From: an uncultured Thermoleophilia bacterium
GTDB taxonomy: Bacteria > Actinomycetota > Thermoleophilia > UBA2241
Direction: 5' to 3'
NCBI GenBank assembly: GCA_963751215.1
Contig: CAVVTV010000024.1
Coordinates: 1,052,178 to 1,116,177 of the forward strand
Length of the DNA: 64,000 nucleotides
The stretch's first letter is position 1. Each line of letters begins with the position of its first letter. The position numbers were made by a program, and so were the translations under genes. The notes below the pieces were generated by a model. It ran no database searches, was not told the origin of the DNA, and saw nothing but the letters and a program-made list of their open reading frames with translations. Shown one piece after another: positions 43,067-53,028 of this stretch.

Positions 43067-43416
43067 CACCAGATCATTCCAAAGCGCCGGCTCGACATAA
43101 CGACAGCAGTCGCTCACGCGCCCGCCGCGCGATACTGTCTCAGGTGATGAGCGACGGTGACTGCCCCTATCTCAGATGCGAGCGGACGGCGTGGCGGGAG
43201 AGCCTCGACCTCTCCAACGCGGCACCGATGAGCGTCACCCTGACGTGGTGCTGCCAGCACCCGTTCCACGGCATCCCTCTGGATCTCGGGGAGACACGCC
43301 TCACGGTGGAGCGGCACTGCGCGGCCTGCTCGCTGCCACGGCCAGAGACCGACGTTGGTCGCGACTGACGCAGCGAGGATCCGGTGCTGCGTTTGCTTAG
43401 CCCCGCCCTGCCACCG

Positions 43417-43584
43417 TCAGTCCATGAAGGCTCCGCCGTTGATGTTCAGTGCCTCGCCGGTGACAAAGGCGGTATCCGGTCCAAGCAGAAAGGCGATGGT
43501 CCGCGCCACGTCGTCGCCGGTCTCAATGCGCCCGAGCGGCGTGTTGTCGACGAAACCCTGGCGCACCTGCTCCGGCGTTATGCC
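43417..43584 (-). pseudogene. short-chain dehydrogenase/reductase C-terminal fragment
   Basis: ...ITPEQVRQGFVDNTPLGRIETGDDVARTIAFLLGPDTAFVTGEALNINGGAFMD* is a typical SDR C-terminus. The upstream part of the ORF is antisense of the adjacent fragment. Confidence 0.5.
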
Positions 43585-43656
43585 GCGCAGCCGCCGCGCG
43601 AGATGCCCGACGACCTGCTCGAGCATCACCTCGAGGACCACCTCGTCGATCTCGAG

Positions 43657-43992
43657 GATCCCGCGCGCGCGATCTTCAACGTCCACGCGCCTCCCTACGG
43701 CAGCGGCCTCGACCAGGCCCCCGTGTTAGACGCAAGGCCTAAACCGGTGGTCAGCGGTGGGGCCGTGACGGTCACCGCCGTCGGCTCCAAGGCCGTGCGC
43801 GCCGTCATCGAGCGCCACCAGCCGGCGCTCGGGCTTCACGGCCATATTCACGAGTCGCGCGGTATCGCAAAGATCGGCCACACGATCTGCATCAACACAG
43901 GCAGCGCCTATGCTGACGGCGTGCTCCATGGAGCGATCATCACACTGGACCGCAAGAAGGGCGTTAGGCAGCACCTCATGGCGTCTGGATAG
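43657..43992 (+). pseudogene. metallophosphoesterase C-terminal fragment
   Basis: ...AIFNVHAPPYGSGLD...LGLHGHIHESRGIAKIGHTICINTGSAYADGVLHGAIITLD resembles the C-terminal half of a phosphoesterase. No motif I/II upstream, since the N-terminal region is occupied by the antisense SDR fragment. Confidence 0.45.
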
Positions 43993-44041
43993 GGCTGGCG
44001 TCTGGATAGGGCTGGCGTCTGGATAAGGCGTCTGGATAGGG
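43981..44041. repeat. short tandem repeat (GCGTCTGGATAGGGCTG x2, then two shortened units)
   Basis: Read directly. Overlaps the stop codon of the phosphoesterase fragment. Confidence 0.8.
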
Positions 44042-44077
44042 CCCGAGCACAATCCTTTGGCAGCTTCGCGCGTCCCT

Positions 44078-46057
44078 TCAGCTGATCTTCGAGGCGATCG
44101 GGCTGACGGGGGCCGGCGCGCCGACCTGCGGCCGGCGAGGGGGCCGCTGCCGCGCGGGTTCGTTCCTGCCGGTGCGGCCACGCTGCTTGTCCTTCTCGCG
44201 GAACACCTCTTCGGCCGACACGCCGTCGACCAGCGCCTGGAACTCCGAGGCCTCGATGGTCTCGCGCTCCATGAGGATGTGGCTGATCCGGTCGAGCATC
44301 TCACGCTTCTCGGTGAGCAGGTCGCGGGCGCGCTGGTGGGCGTCTTCGATGATGCGCCGGATCTCGTCGTCGATCTGCCGCGCCACCTCGTCGGAGTAGT
44401 CGGCCTGCTGCTGGAACTCGCGTCCCAGGAAGGGCATGGACTGGTCGTGGCCCAGCGTGCGGGGACCGAGCTCTTCGCTCATGCCGTAGCGCATGATCAT
44501 CTGCTTGGCGGTGGCCGTGGCCTTCTCGAGGTCGTTGGCGGCGCCGGTCGTGATCTCGCCGAAGACGACCTCTTCGGCGGCGCGCCCGCCGAGCGTCATC
44601 GCCAGGGTGTCCATGAGCTCACCCTTGGTGGTGAGGAACTTATCCTCGGTGGGCAGCGAGATGGTGAAGCCCAGGGCCTGGCCGCGGCTGACCACGCTGA
44701 TCTTGTGCACGGGATCGGTGTACTCGAGGAAGTGGCCGACCAGGGCGTGGCCCATCTCGTGGTAGGCGGTGATCGCCTTCTCCTTCTCGCTGATGATGCG
44801 GGTCTTCTTCTCGGGACCGGCGAGCACCCGCATGATGCCCTCTTCGAGCTCGTGCATGTCGATCACCTTCTTGCCGTAGCGCGCCGCCAAAAGGGCGGCC
44901 TCGTTCACCAGGTTGGCGAGGTCGGCGCCGGTGAAGCCCGGCGTTTGCGCGGCCAGCGTGTCGAGGTCGATCTCCTTGCTGATGGGCTTGCCGCGGCTGT
45001 GCACCTCGAGGATCGCCTTGCGGCCGGGGCGGTCGGGGCGGTCGACCACGATCTGGCGGTCGAAGCGCCCGGGGCGCAAGAGCGCCGGGTCCAAGATGTC
45101 GGGCCGGTTGGTGGCGGCGATCAGGATGATGTTGTCCTTCATCTCGAAGCCGTCCATCTCGACGAGCAGCTGGTTGAGGGTCTGCTCGCGCTCGTCGTGG
45201 CCACCGCCGAGGCCGGCACCGCGGTGCCGACCGACGGCGTCGATCTCGTCGACGAAGATGATGCAGGGGGCGTTCTGCTTGGCCTGCTCGAAGAGGTCGC
45301 GCACGCGTGAGGCGCCGACGCCCACGAACATCTCGACGAAGTCGGAGCCGGAGATGCTGAAGAAGGGCACGCCGGCCTCGCCGGCCACGGCCCTCGCGAG
45401 CAGCGTCTTGCCGGTACCGGGAGGGCCGAAGAGCAGCACACCCTTGGGAATGCGCGCGCCGAGCTGCTGGAACTTCTTGGGGTTCTCGAGGAACTCCTTG
45501 ATCTCGTGCAGCTCCTCCACCGCCTCGTCGGCGCCGGCCACGTCCTTGAAGGTGACCTTGGGCGAGTCGACGCTGACGCGCTTGGCGCGGCTCTTGCCGA
45601 AGCTCATGACCTGGGAACCGGCGCCCTGCATGCGGCGCAGCATGAGCATCATGAAGCCGATAATGAGCACCACCGGCAGCAGCAGCATGAGCAAGCCGGT
45701 CCACGATGAGCCGCTGCTGCTCGTCGCGGCGACCGTCACCCCCGGGTGCGCAGCAAGCTGCTGAGCGAGCAGGGTGGAGTCGGGGTAGCCCGTCGTGTAC
45801 GTGGGACCGCTCGTCGGCGTAACCTGGATCGTCTGACTGCTCGTATTGATGAGCACGGACTGAACCTTGCCGGCGTCGAGCTGGCTGACGAAGCTCTGGG
45901 AACCACCGGCGTAGGAATAATGGACGGTGCTTCCACTGCCGCCGCGCATTGTCTGCAAGACGGCCAGAAACACGAGAAGTACAAGTAGCGGGATGATGAG
46001 TCGCCCGAATCTGCTCACGTCGGACCTATGCCTTTGAGGTCGTGGGTCATCACTCAT
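44078..46057 (-). CDS. ftsH: ATP-dependent zinc metalloprotease FtsH
   Basis: [23 protein letters not shown] (Walker A), second region of homology, HEMGHALVG zinc site. ATG 46057 (or GTG 46102). Confidence 0.9.
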   Translation of the reverse strand: MSDDPRPQRHRSDVSRFGRLIIPLLVLLVFLAVLQTMRGGSGSTVHYSYAGGSQSFVSQLDAGKVQSVLINTSSQTIQVTPTSGPTYTTGYPDSTLLAQQLAAHPGVTVAATSSSGSSWTGLLMLLLPVVLIIGFMMLMLRRMQGAGSQVMSFGKSRAKRVSVDSPKVTFKDVAGADEAVEELHEIKEFLENPKKFQQLGARIPKGVLLFGPPGTGKTLLARAVAGEAGVPFFSISGSDFVEMFVGVGASRVRDLFEQAKQNAPCIIFVDEIDAVGRHRGAGLGGGHDEREQTLNQLLVEMDGFEMKDNIILIAATNRPDILDPALLRPGRFDRQIVVDRPDRPGRKAILEVHSRGKPISKEIDLDTLAAQTPGFTGADLANLVNEAALLAARYGKKVIDMHELEEGIMRVLAGPEKKTRIISEKEKAITAYHEMGHALVGHFLEYTDPVHKISVVSRGQALGFTISLPTEDKFLTTKGELMDTLAMTLGGRAAEEVVFGEITTGAANDLEKATATAKQMIMRYGMSEELGPRTLGHDQSMPFLGREFQQQADYSDEVARQIDDEIRRIIEDAHQRARDLLTEKREMLDRISHILMERETIEASEFQALVDGVSAEEVFREKDKQRGRTGRNEPARQRPPRRPQVGAPAPVSPIASKIS

Positions 46058-46322
46058 CCTGTATTTACCCTGTTGAGGGTTACCCACCACGGAGTTGCCC
46101 ACTCGAAGTTGGAAAGCGTAGACATGATCGGGCGGTCGGTGCCGAGCGCGCCCAAGTCACGGCGCAGTGCGGGCCCAACAACGGCGCAGTGCGGCGTACA
46201 AGGGGGCGGTGTGGGCTCGCGTCATCCGGAGGCCGGGGGAACAACGCCCGACTAGACATGCTGCCGGGGGGCGCCCAGGGGGACGTGAAGGTGAGCTCGA
46301 CGACCGCGCAGAACGCCTCGCG

Positions 46323-47438
46323 CTATTGGCCGCCTGCAGGGTGGGAGCTCGTGCCAGTAGGTGTCGCGCGCACACCCGCGGCTTTGAAGAGCTCGGGGAT
46401 CGTGACCATCTGGTAACCACGCGCGTGCAGGCCAGCGATGATCAGCGGCAGAGCCTTGGGGGTTTGGCCGCGCGTGTGCATGAGGATGATGCTGCCGTCG
46501 TGCACGTGATCGAGCACGTTGGCCACGATGGTGTTGACGCCGGGCTTGGTCCAATCGAGTGAGTCGACGTCCCAGAGGATGATGCGTGAGTAGCCCATCT
46601 GCCCAGCGAGGGCCAGCAGGTGGGTGTTGAAGGCCCCATAAGGGGGCCGCAGGTAGGGCACCGTGGAGGCATGGAAGTCCTGCCACCAGATGTCGTCCGG
46701 CTGCTTGAGCTGCATGCGCACCTGTGCGTCGGTCACCGTCGTGAGATCGGGGTGGCTCCAGGAGTGGCTGCCGATCGCCATGTGGTCCTTGAGTGTGAGG
46801 CCGGCATCGCGATTGGCGTAGTCGGCTACGTATTCGCCGATCGGAAAGAAGGTGCCCTGGGCGTGCCCGGCGATGAGCTCACGCAGGATCCAGTACCAGG
46901 CGGTCTTGCCGCCACCGTCATCGAAGGTGAGGGCGACGCGCTTGCCGGCGGCCGGAAGGCTGGTGTAGACCTTGGCGGTGACGGGAGGCTGGAAACGCAC
47001 CCAGCCGACCGTGGTTGTGGTGCTCACCGGGGCGCCGTTGGCACCCACCTTGACCAGGTAGAGGCCGGGGCCGGCGGGCGAACCGTTGGCCTGCGTGCAG
47101 CTCCAGCTCACGCTCCCGGTGTGCGCCCCGGCGGCGGTCTGCCCCTTGCCGGAGGCCATCAAGTCACCATAGGCGCCCAGCACCCGCCAGCTCCAGCTGC
47201 TCGGCGCCGCCCCGGCGAAGCGGAAGCTGAAGGTCACGCTCTGCCGGCTGTGCAGCAGCACAGCGTCGGCACCAACGGTGCTCACGCGCACGCGCCGCGC
47301 CGTGCCCACGGAGGATTGGCTGAGGTGCGGCGCCGGGGCGACCGCCCCGCCGCAGGCGTCGGCGAAAAGAAGCAGGCATACCACCACGGGCACTGCCGCG
47401 GTGCGACGAAGAACCCGGGTGAGGCCTCGGGCCGGCAT
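46323..47438 (-). CDS. polysaccharide deacetylase (NodB-homology) lipoprotein/secreted protein
   Basis: ORF 46323..47597 trimmed to ATG 47438 (MPARGLTRVLRRTAAVPVVVCLLLFADACGG). RVALTFDDGGG, HSWSHPDL, LRPPYG NodB motifs. Confidence 0.8.
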   Translation of the reverse strand: MPARGLTRVLRRTAAVPVVVCLLLFADACGGAVAPAPHLSQSSVGTARRVRVSTVGADAVLLHSRQSVTFSFRFAGAAPSSWSWRVLGAYGDLMASGKGQTAAGAHTGSVSWSCTQANGSPAGPGLYLVKVGANGAPVSTTTTVGWVRFQPPVTAKVYTSLPAAGKRVALTFDDGGGKTAWYWILRELIAGHAQGTFFPIGEYVADYANRDAGLTLKDHMAIGSHSWSHPDLTTVTDAQVRMQLKQPDDIWWQDFHASTVPYLRPPYGAFNTHLLALAGQMGYSRIILWDVDSLDWTKPGVNTIVANVLDHVHDGSIILMHTRGQTPKALPLIIAGLHARGYQMVTIPELFKAAGVRATPTGTSSHPAGGQ

Positions 47439-47614
47439 GATCGGGGGGTGCCCTGCCACGCCGCCGAATGTATGGCGCCGCGGCGAAGAGCGCAACCCGC
47501 GACGCTGACGATCGACGGCGAGGGGCGAGGTTGGCCGGGGGGCAGATGTGCCGAACGGCTGCCCTGGCGCCGCAGGCCTCTCCACTTGCAGGCTCACTGG
47601 CCGGGCCGAAAACC

Positions 47615-47647
47615 TTAGACGGAAGTCTGGCCGGAAAGGATCGCCGG
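47615..47647 (-). promoter_or_regulatory. conserved 33-nt motif copy Y (TTAGACGGAAGTCTGGCCGGAAAGGATCGCCGG)
   Basis: See 36305..36337. About 180 nt upstream of the deacetylase start on the minus strand. Confidence 0.5.
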
Positions 47648-48096
47648 CGGCTGCCGGCGGGGGTCCTCGCCACCATGCGCGACTGTGTCTGCGCCCGTTA
47701 CTTCACCTTCAACGCAAGCCACTTCGTGGTGACCGCCGCGTGTCGCGCGGTCTTGGCGATCACGGCCCTCATCCGGTAGGCGCCCTTCTTGGCGGGTTTG
47801 TCAGTTCCCCGCGGACCGTGGTAGCCGGTGAGTCCGTCGTGTTTGCGATCGTCTAACTGGTCTTGCGGCGGCCAAGAGCATGACCCTGGTCGCCGTGCTC
47901 TTCGCCGTCTACGGCTCGCACGAGGGATAGAGCAGCGCCCGCAGAAAGGTTGACGAGCAACGCTCTGGCCTAGCTGATCTGCTGCTGAGAGGTTTGGAGC
48001 TCGACTTGGCGTTGAAGTATGAGGGCAGTCCAGTAACCGCGCACCAGCCGAACTCCTGAGGAAGGACGGCGCAGCGTCCCGCGCAAGGGGAGGAAC

Positions 48097-48999
48097 ATGG
48101 CGAAGCCCATCCACAGACAGCTCGACAAGCTCATCGAGCCACTACTCGTCGAACCGGGGAGCACGGTGTCGCTCGCGCGCGACTTCGATCCTGGCCACCG
48201 AGCCCACTTCCTGCGGCGAGAGGATGCCGCGGAGGAGCTCCAGGCAGGCATCGAGCTGCTGACCGAGTACCAGGCAAGGCTGGCAGCCCAGGACTCTTGT
48301 GCCCTGCTGGTCGTGCTCCAGGCCATGGATGCCGCCGGCAAGGACGGCACGATCAAGCACGTGATGAGCGGCGTGAACCCGCAGGGCGTCCGCGTGACGA
48401 GCTTCAAGGCGCCGTCGTCGGAGGAGCTCGAGCATGACTTCCTCTGGCGCTGCCAGCGGGCGTTGCCCAAACGTGGCGAGATCGGCATCTTCAACCGCTC
48501 GCACTACGAGGAGGTCCTCTCCGTGCGTGTGCACCCGGAGTTCCTCGCCGCCCAGCAGCTTCCAACCGCGGCCACGAGCAAGGGGGTCTGGCAGCGGCGC
48601 TACCGCGAGATCAACGACTGGGAGCACTACCTCGTCGATAACGGCATTCACGTCGTGAAGCTCTTCCTCAATCTCTCGAAAGAGGAGCAGCGGCAGCGCT
48701 TCCTGGCGCGCATCGAAGAGGCCGACAAGAACTGGAAGTTCTCCGCCGCCGACGCTCGGGAGCGCCAGTACTGGGACGCCTACCAGGAGGCGTTCTCAGA
48801 GATGCTCAGCGCCACGAGCACGAAATGGGCGCCCTGGCACGTCATCCCCGCCGACCACAAGTGGTTCAGCCATCTGGCGACGGCCGCCGCGATCATCCGC
48901 GAGCTCGCGGCCATAAACCCGCAGTACCCCACGATGAGCAAGACGCGACGGCAGGCCATGGCCGAAGCCAAGAGAGAGCTCGAAGCCGAGGCGCGATAG
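48097..48999 (+). CDS. ppk2: polyphosphate kinase 2 (PPK2, single-domain class)
   Basis: LLVVLQAMDAAGKDGTIKHVMSGVNPQGVRV (Walker A-like) and IFNRSHYEEVLSVRVHPE. GGGGAGG RBS. Confidence 0.85.
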   Translation: MAKPIHRQLDKLIEPLLVEPGSTVSLARDFDPGHRAHFLRREDAAEELQAGIELLTEYQARLAAQDSCALLVVLQAMDAAGKDGTIKHVMSGVNPQGVRVTSFKAPSSEELEHDFLWRCQRALPKRGEIGIFNRSHYEEVLSVRVHPEFLAAQQLPTAATSKGVWQRRYREINDWEHYLVDNGIHVVKLFLNLSKEEQRQRFLARIEEADKNWKFSAADARERQYWDAYQEAFSEMLSATSTKWAPWHVIPADHKWFSHLATAAAIIRELAAINPQYPTMSKTRRQAMAEAKRELEAEAR

Positions 49000-49090
49000 C
49001 GCGCTCAGCGGGCGATCGGGAGAGGCCGGACATTACGGAACCGGTCAACTCCAACTCCAAGTCTCCCGGCATGGCCGCAGCCACCCTGCC

Positions 49091-49513
49091 TCAGGCCAGC
49101 CCCATGCGCCGCAGCTGCGTCTCCGAATAGCCGAAGAAGTGGGCTGTCTCGTGCAGCACCACGACGCGGATGCGCTCGACCAGCGCCGCACGGGTCGCCG
49201 CGACGCGCTCCAGGTTGGCGCGAAAGAGATGGATGGTGTCGGCGTATGGCGCACCGAAGCTCACCGAGCGCCTCGCCATGGGCACGCCATGATAGAGCCC
49301 GAGGAGGCGCGGGTCGACTCCGTCGGCCACCATCTCCGGTGAGGGGCGCTCGGCGATCAGGACGGCCACGTTGCCCAGCCGCTCGAGATGCTCCTGCGGC
49401 AGCTCGGCCAGCGCCGCCTCGGCGACCGACGCGAACTCCTCCGCTGCCAGAAGCGGCGCGCAGTGCGCCGCGACGGCGTCCAGTCGCAGCACGGTGACCC
49501 ACTCCGCGGTCAT
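49091..49513 (-). CDS. zincin-like metallopeptidase family protein (HExxH; Zincin_1-like); true start probably further upstream (GTG/TTG) with a helical N-terminal extension
   Basis: C-terminus VVVLHETAHFFGYSETQLRRMGL. ORF extends to 49888 with helix-rich sequence but no upstream ATG. Confidence 0.55.
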   Translation of the reverse strand: MTAEWVTVLRLDAVAAHCAPLLAAEEFASVAEAALAELPQEHLERLGNVAVLIAERPSPEMVADGVDPRLLGLYHGVPMARRSVSFGAPYADTIHLFRANLERVAATRAALVERIRVVVLHETAHFFGYSETQLRRMGLA

Positions 49514-50005
49514 GCCGTCGCGGTCTCCGCTCGCCCCGAGTGCGCGACCGAGCAGGTAGCGCACGTCTGCCTCGCGGGCGGGGAGCAGCGGGCCGGCAGC
49601 GAGCACGCCGCGTAGATGCCGTGCCGCGGCGCGGGCATCGCCTACGGCCAGCAGCCGTTGAGCCTCACGCACCTCGTGCTCTGGATGATCCTCGCTCACG
49701 GCCACATCATACGCGGGGACCCCGAGGCGTAGCACGAGCTCCGGCGCAGCTTGGGGCGGCCGGCCTTGCGCTTCAGCACCTTCACCTGGTGGCAAAGGAC
49801 GAGGCTCTCGACCTCGCGGTCTGCCGCTCGCCTGAGAGCGCCAAGCGGAGGACAGCGCGGCCATCGCCGAACGGCCGTGCACCGCCACGACCTGGCGCCG
49901 TCCTCTTCGAGATGTTCATAGCAGGGAAGAAGTTCGGAGACGGCCGGTTGTTGTGTGTCCTTGCGGCGACCGCGATGGAAGCCAACTGAGGAAAGGGAGC
50001 AATTC

Positions 50006-50383
50006 ATGAGACGATTCAGCAGGCTCTTGGCCGTGCTTACCGCAGTGGCGATCGTCTCGGCGATCGTTGTGCCGCTCGCCCTGGCCGCCACAGCGACACC
50101 GTCGCTTAGCCTCAAGGCCAAGCCGGCCTCGATCAAGGTCGGCGAGACCGTCACCTTCAGCGGCACGGTGCAGCACGCCGTCGCCAGGGACACGACCGTT
50201 GAGCTCTGGCTGGTGAAGGCCAAGAGGTCCACCCTGAAGGCAAGCGGCACGATCTCCAGCACGGGCGCCTTCAAGTTCACCGCCAAGGGGGCGAGGGCCG
50301 GCACCTGCACCTTGAGGGTCACCTACAAGGCCGGCAAGACCACCTACAAGAGCAATGAGGTCGAAGTCACAGTCACTAAGTGA
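50006..50383 (+). CDS. secreted Ig-like (Big-type) domain protein
   Basis: ORF 49955..50383 trimmed to ATG with GAGGAAAGGGAG RBS. Signal peptide MRRFSRLLAVLTAVAIVSAIVVPLALAATA. Lys/Thr-rich beta-domain. Confidence 0.55.
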   Translation: MRRFSRLLAVLTAVAIVSAIVVPLALAATATPSLSLKAKPASIKVGETVTFSGTVQHAVARDTTVELWLVKAKRSTLKASGTISSTGAFKFTAKGARAGTCTLRVTYKAGKTTYKSNEVEVTVTK

Positions 50384-50444
50384 CCGCGGTTCGAGGAGTG
50401 AGAGAAGACCCAGACGACGCCATCGCGGGCAGGAGGGCAGGGCC

Positions 50445-50951
50445 ATGGACGCGCGCATCGCCGTGATCTCGGACACGCATGGGCGGCTCGGCCGTCGTGT
50501 GCTCGAGGCCTGCGCCGGCGCCGACCACATCATCCACGCCGGCGACGTGGGCTCGCGCACGGTACTGGACGACCTGGCACGGCTGGCTCCTCTGACCGCG
50601 GTGCGCGGCAACCGCGACAGAGACGCGCTCGGCACCGAGCTGCCGTGCGAGGCCGCCGGCGAGGTGGCGGGCCTCCGCTTCGTGGTCGTGCACAAGCGTC
50701 GCGACCTCAAGGCCGCCCACCCGGATCCGGCGGCCGAAGGGCTGGGGCTCCTCGTGTACGGCCACACCCATCAGCCGGAGCTGCGCTTCGGCGGGCACGT
50801 GCCGGGCCGGCTACCGGTCCTCTGGCTCAACCCCGGCAGCTGCATGGCACCGCTCCCGCACGATCCGCGCCCCAGCATGGCGCTCCTGGTCGTGCGCGAC
50901 GGCGAGCCCGACGCCCACCTCATCTTCCTCCCCTCGCGAGGTATATACTAA
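50445..50951 (+). CDS. YfcE-like metallophosphoesterase (intact copy)
   Basis: ORF 50355..50951 trimmed to ATG (MDARIAVISDTHG). Motifs DTHG, IIHAGDVG, AVRGNRD, GHTHQPE. GCAGGAGGG RBS. Confidence 0.8.
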   Translation: MDARIAVISDTHGRLGRRVLEACAGADHIIHAGDVGSRTVLDDLARLAPLTAVRGNRDRDALGTELPCEAAGEVAGLRFVVVHKRRDLKAAHPDPAAEGLGLLVYGHTHQPELRFGGHVPGRLPVLWLNPGSCMAPLPHDPRPSMALLVVRDGEPDAHLIFLPSRGIY

Positions 50952-50974
50952 AAACGTCAGACCGACGCGGCTTC
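50944..50974 (+). promoter_or_regulatory. conserved motif copy 2: TATACT-aaA-AACGTCAGACCGACGCGGCTTC
   Basis: Overlaps the stop of 50445..50951. About 45 nt upstream of the GTG start of 51020..51529. Confidence 0.45.
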
Positions 50975-51019
50975 ACATGACGGCACGCTGGCTAGAAGGC
51001 CGAGGCGAGGAGCGTCCAC

Positions 51020-51529
51020 GTGAAGGTCCCTCTGCAGTGGGTCTGGGAGAACGACCCCGAAGGACTCCCCGATGATGACCATGCGCGCTGCATCGCCGCC
51101 CCCGGCGAGCGCTTCCTCGCCTGCGACGGGCAACTGTTCAAGCTGATGACGCGCCCCTGCACCTACCTCTCCGGGTCCCACGGCGGGCGCAGCACGACGA
51201 CCTTCGCGACGCTGCAGATGGAGTACCTCGGCCGCAACTGGGCACGTGGCCTTGCGCAGAAGTCCTGGGGCAGTGAGCCCTTCGTCGTCGGGCCGTTCGG
51301 CGGCGAGACCCAGCAGGCGGCCGGCCGCGCCCTGCTTGCCACGCTGAAGGGTGCGCTGACGGCAATGTCGTCAATGCGCCACAAGCCCACGTACCCAGCA
51401 CAGGCCGAGTGTGACGGCCCGGAGCAGCCCCTGCGACCGGCCGGTTGGCCCCCTTGCGGACACGCCGCCCGCGTGCGGCGCCCTGCGCTCCTACCCCTCA
51501 CGGTGGGCCGCGCTGGCGACCTGCGGTAG
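51020..51529 (+). CDS. hypothetical protein
   Basis: GTG start with GAGGAG RBS. No family match. Confidence 0.4.
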   Translation: MKVPLQWVWENDPEGLPDDDHARCIAAPGERFLACDGQLFKLMTRPCTYLSGSHGGRSTTTFATLQMEYLGRNWARGLAQKSWGSEPFVVGPFGGETQQAAGRALLATLKGALTAMSSMRHKPTYPAQAECDGPEQPLRPAGWPPCGHAARVRRPALLPLTVGRAGDLR

Positions 51530-51653
51530 CGGGTACTGAGTCAGCGACAACTCGTGGAACCCGGGGATCGCTAGTATGCTCCGCGAGCTCCCTGGCTAGT
51601 GTCCTGGAGAAGCGCGACTGGCGTTCGCGGCCGGCGGCGCGCGACTGACGAGC

Positions 51654-52391
51654 TCACTCCGACGGGACCGGCGCATTCATCGGGTAGCCGTTCTGCTCCC
51701 AGTAGCCGGTCACGGGATGGTCGGTGACCTCGAGCCGCACCACCCACTTGACGTTCTTGTAGCCGAGCTGCTTGGGGACGACGAGGCGCAGGGGGCCGCC
51801 GTGCGCGTCTGGGAGGGGCTGCTCATCGAGGGTGTCGGCGAGCACGGTCTGCGCGTCGTCGACGAGGCTCAGCGGCAGGCTGTCGGCATAGGTGCCGCCG
51901 AGGGCATGGAAGTTGACATAGGCGGCGCCGGTCTTGAGCACCGCCAGGTCGAGAAGCGTGCGCGGCGCAACGCCCGCCCAACGCAGGCGGTCAACCGACC
52001 AGCCCTCGACACAGTGGAAGTCGGCGGTTTCCGTCTTGCGCGCAAGCGCCGCCCAGGCGGCGTGGTCGAGCCGCAGCGGCTTCTCCACGAGTCCGTCGAC
52101 GGTGACGACCCAGTTCTGCGGCGAGACGTGCGGTACGCTCTCGACGTGCAGGGTCGGGAAGGAAGCCTGCCCGGGAATCCTGCCGCCAGTGGTCGTTCCG
52201 CCAGCGGTTGCGCTGCCGCCGCTTGCGCCCCTGCGGAAGATGACGTCGACCAGCGTGAAGTAGCTGGCGACGCCCGTCAGCAGGGCGCCGAGGCCGATGA
52301 GGAAGCGTTTGCGCGTGGTGCGCAGGTGCCGTTCTTCTTGTCGCTCTTCCTCTTCCCCTTCGGGCTCAGATGCGTCGTCCATGTCGGCCAT
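51654..52391 (-). CDS. sulfite-oxidase-family molybdopterin oxidoreductase (YedY/MsrP-like), Tat-type signal
   Basis: ORF 51654..52559 trimmed to ATG 52391. TRKRFLIGLGALLTGVASY. FHCVEGWS Mo-cofactor motif. Confidence 0.75.
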   Translation of the reverse strand: MADMDDASEPEGEEEERQEERHLRTTRKRFLIGLGALLTGVASYFTLVDVIFRRGASGGSATAGGTTTGGRIPGQASFPTLHVESVPHVSPQNWVVTVDGLVEKPLRLDHAAWAALARKTETADFHCVEGWSVDRLRWAGVAPRTLLDLAVLKTGAAYVNFHALGGTYADSLPLSLVDDAQTVLADTLDEQPLPDAHGGPLRLVVPKQLGYKNVKWVVRLEVTDHPVTGYWEQNGYPMNAPVPSE

Positions 52392-53028
52392 CAGGTACCG
52401 CCTGTTCGCGAGTTCTGGCGCCACTGCAGTGTTCCCGCGGACAAACTCGACGTGAGCTGCTCCTCCCGCCGGCATCCCTTGCTGGGCGCTTGGCCACGGC
52501 GGCGTCTCACTCCCCGCCCAGGCCTTTAGTGCAGCAAGGTGCCGAGGCCGCCACACCACGCCGTGGTGGTGCCGATGGCCACGAGGATGACGACAATCAG
52601 GGGAAGCATTGCCGGGCGGCGCACGATGGCGCGCAAGCGCAGCATCAAGCTCCTTTGCTGGAACGACACTCTTATTGTACCCGTGGTCACCCCGCGCCTC
52701 GCGCCGCGGGAGGGAGTCAGCACGGAGGGAGGCGACAGCCGAGGCGCTGAGGACCGTCGCCGATCGTTACCGCGCGGCCGTGTTCTGCGCCATGGCCTCT
52801 TTCAGCCCTGCGAACTCGGCATTGTGCACGTAGAGACGGTCGAAGTCGCGCTCTGCCTCGGCCCGCTTGCCGAGCGCCTGCTAGCAGGGACGGCGCAGGA
52901 AGAGGCAGTACTGCGGGACGAGGTCGAGGTTCTGGCGGCGCAGCGGCGCCGATCTGGCGTTATTGACAGCAAGCATCTTCTGTTAGAGACTACCAGTAGT
53001 TAGTCAATAACGAAAGGAGGTGGCTGCT

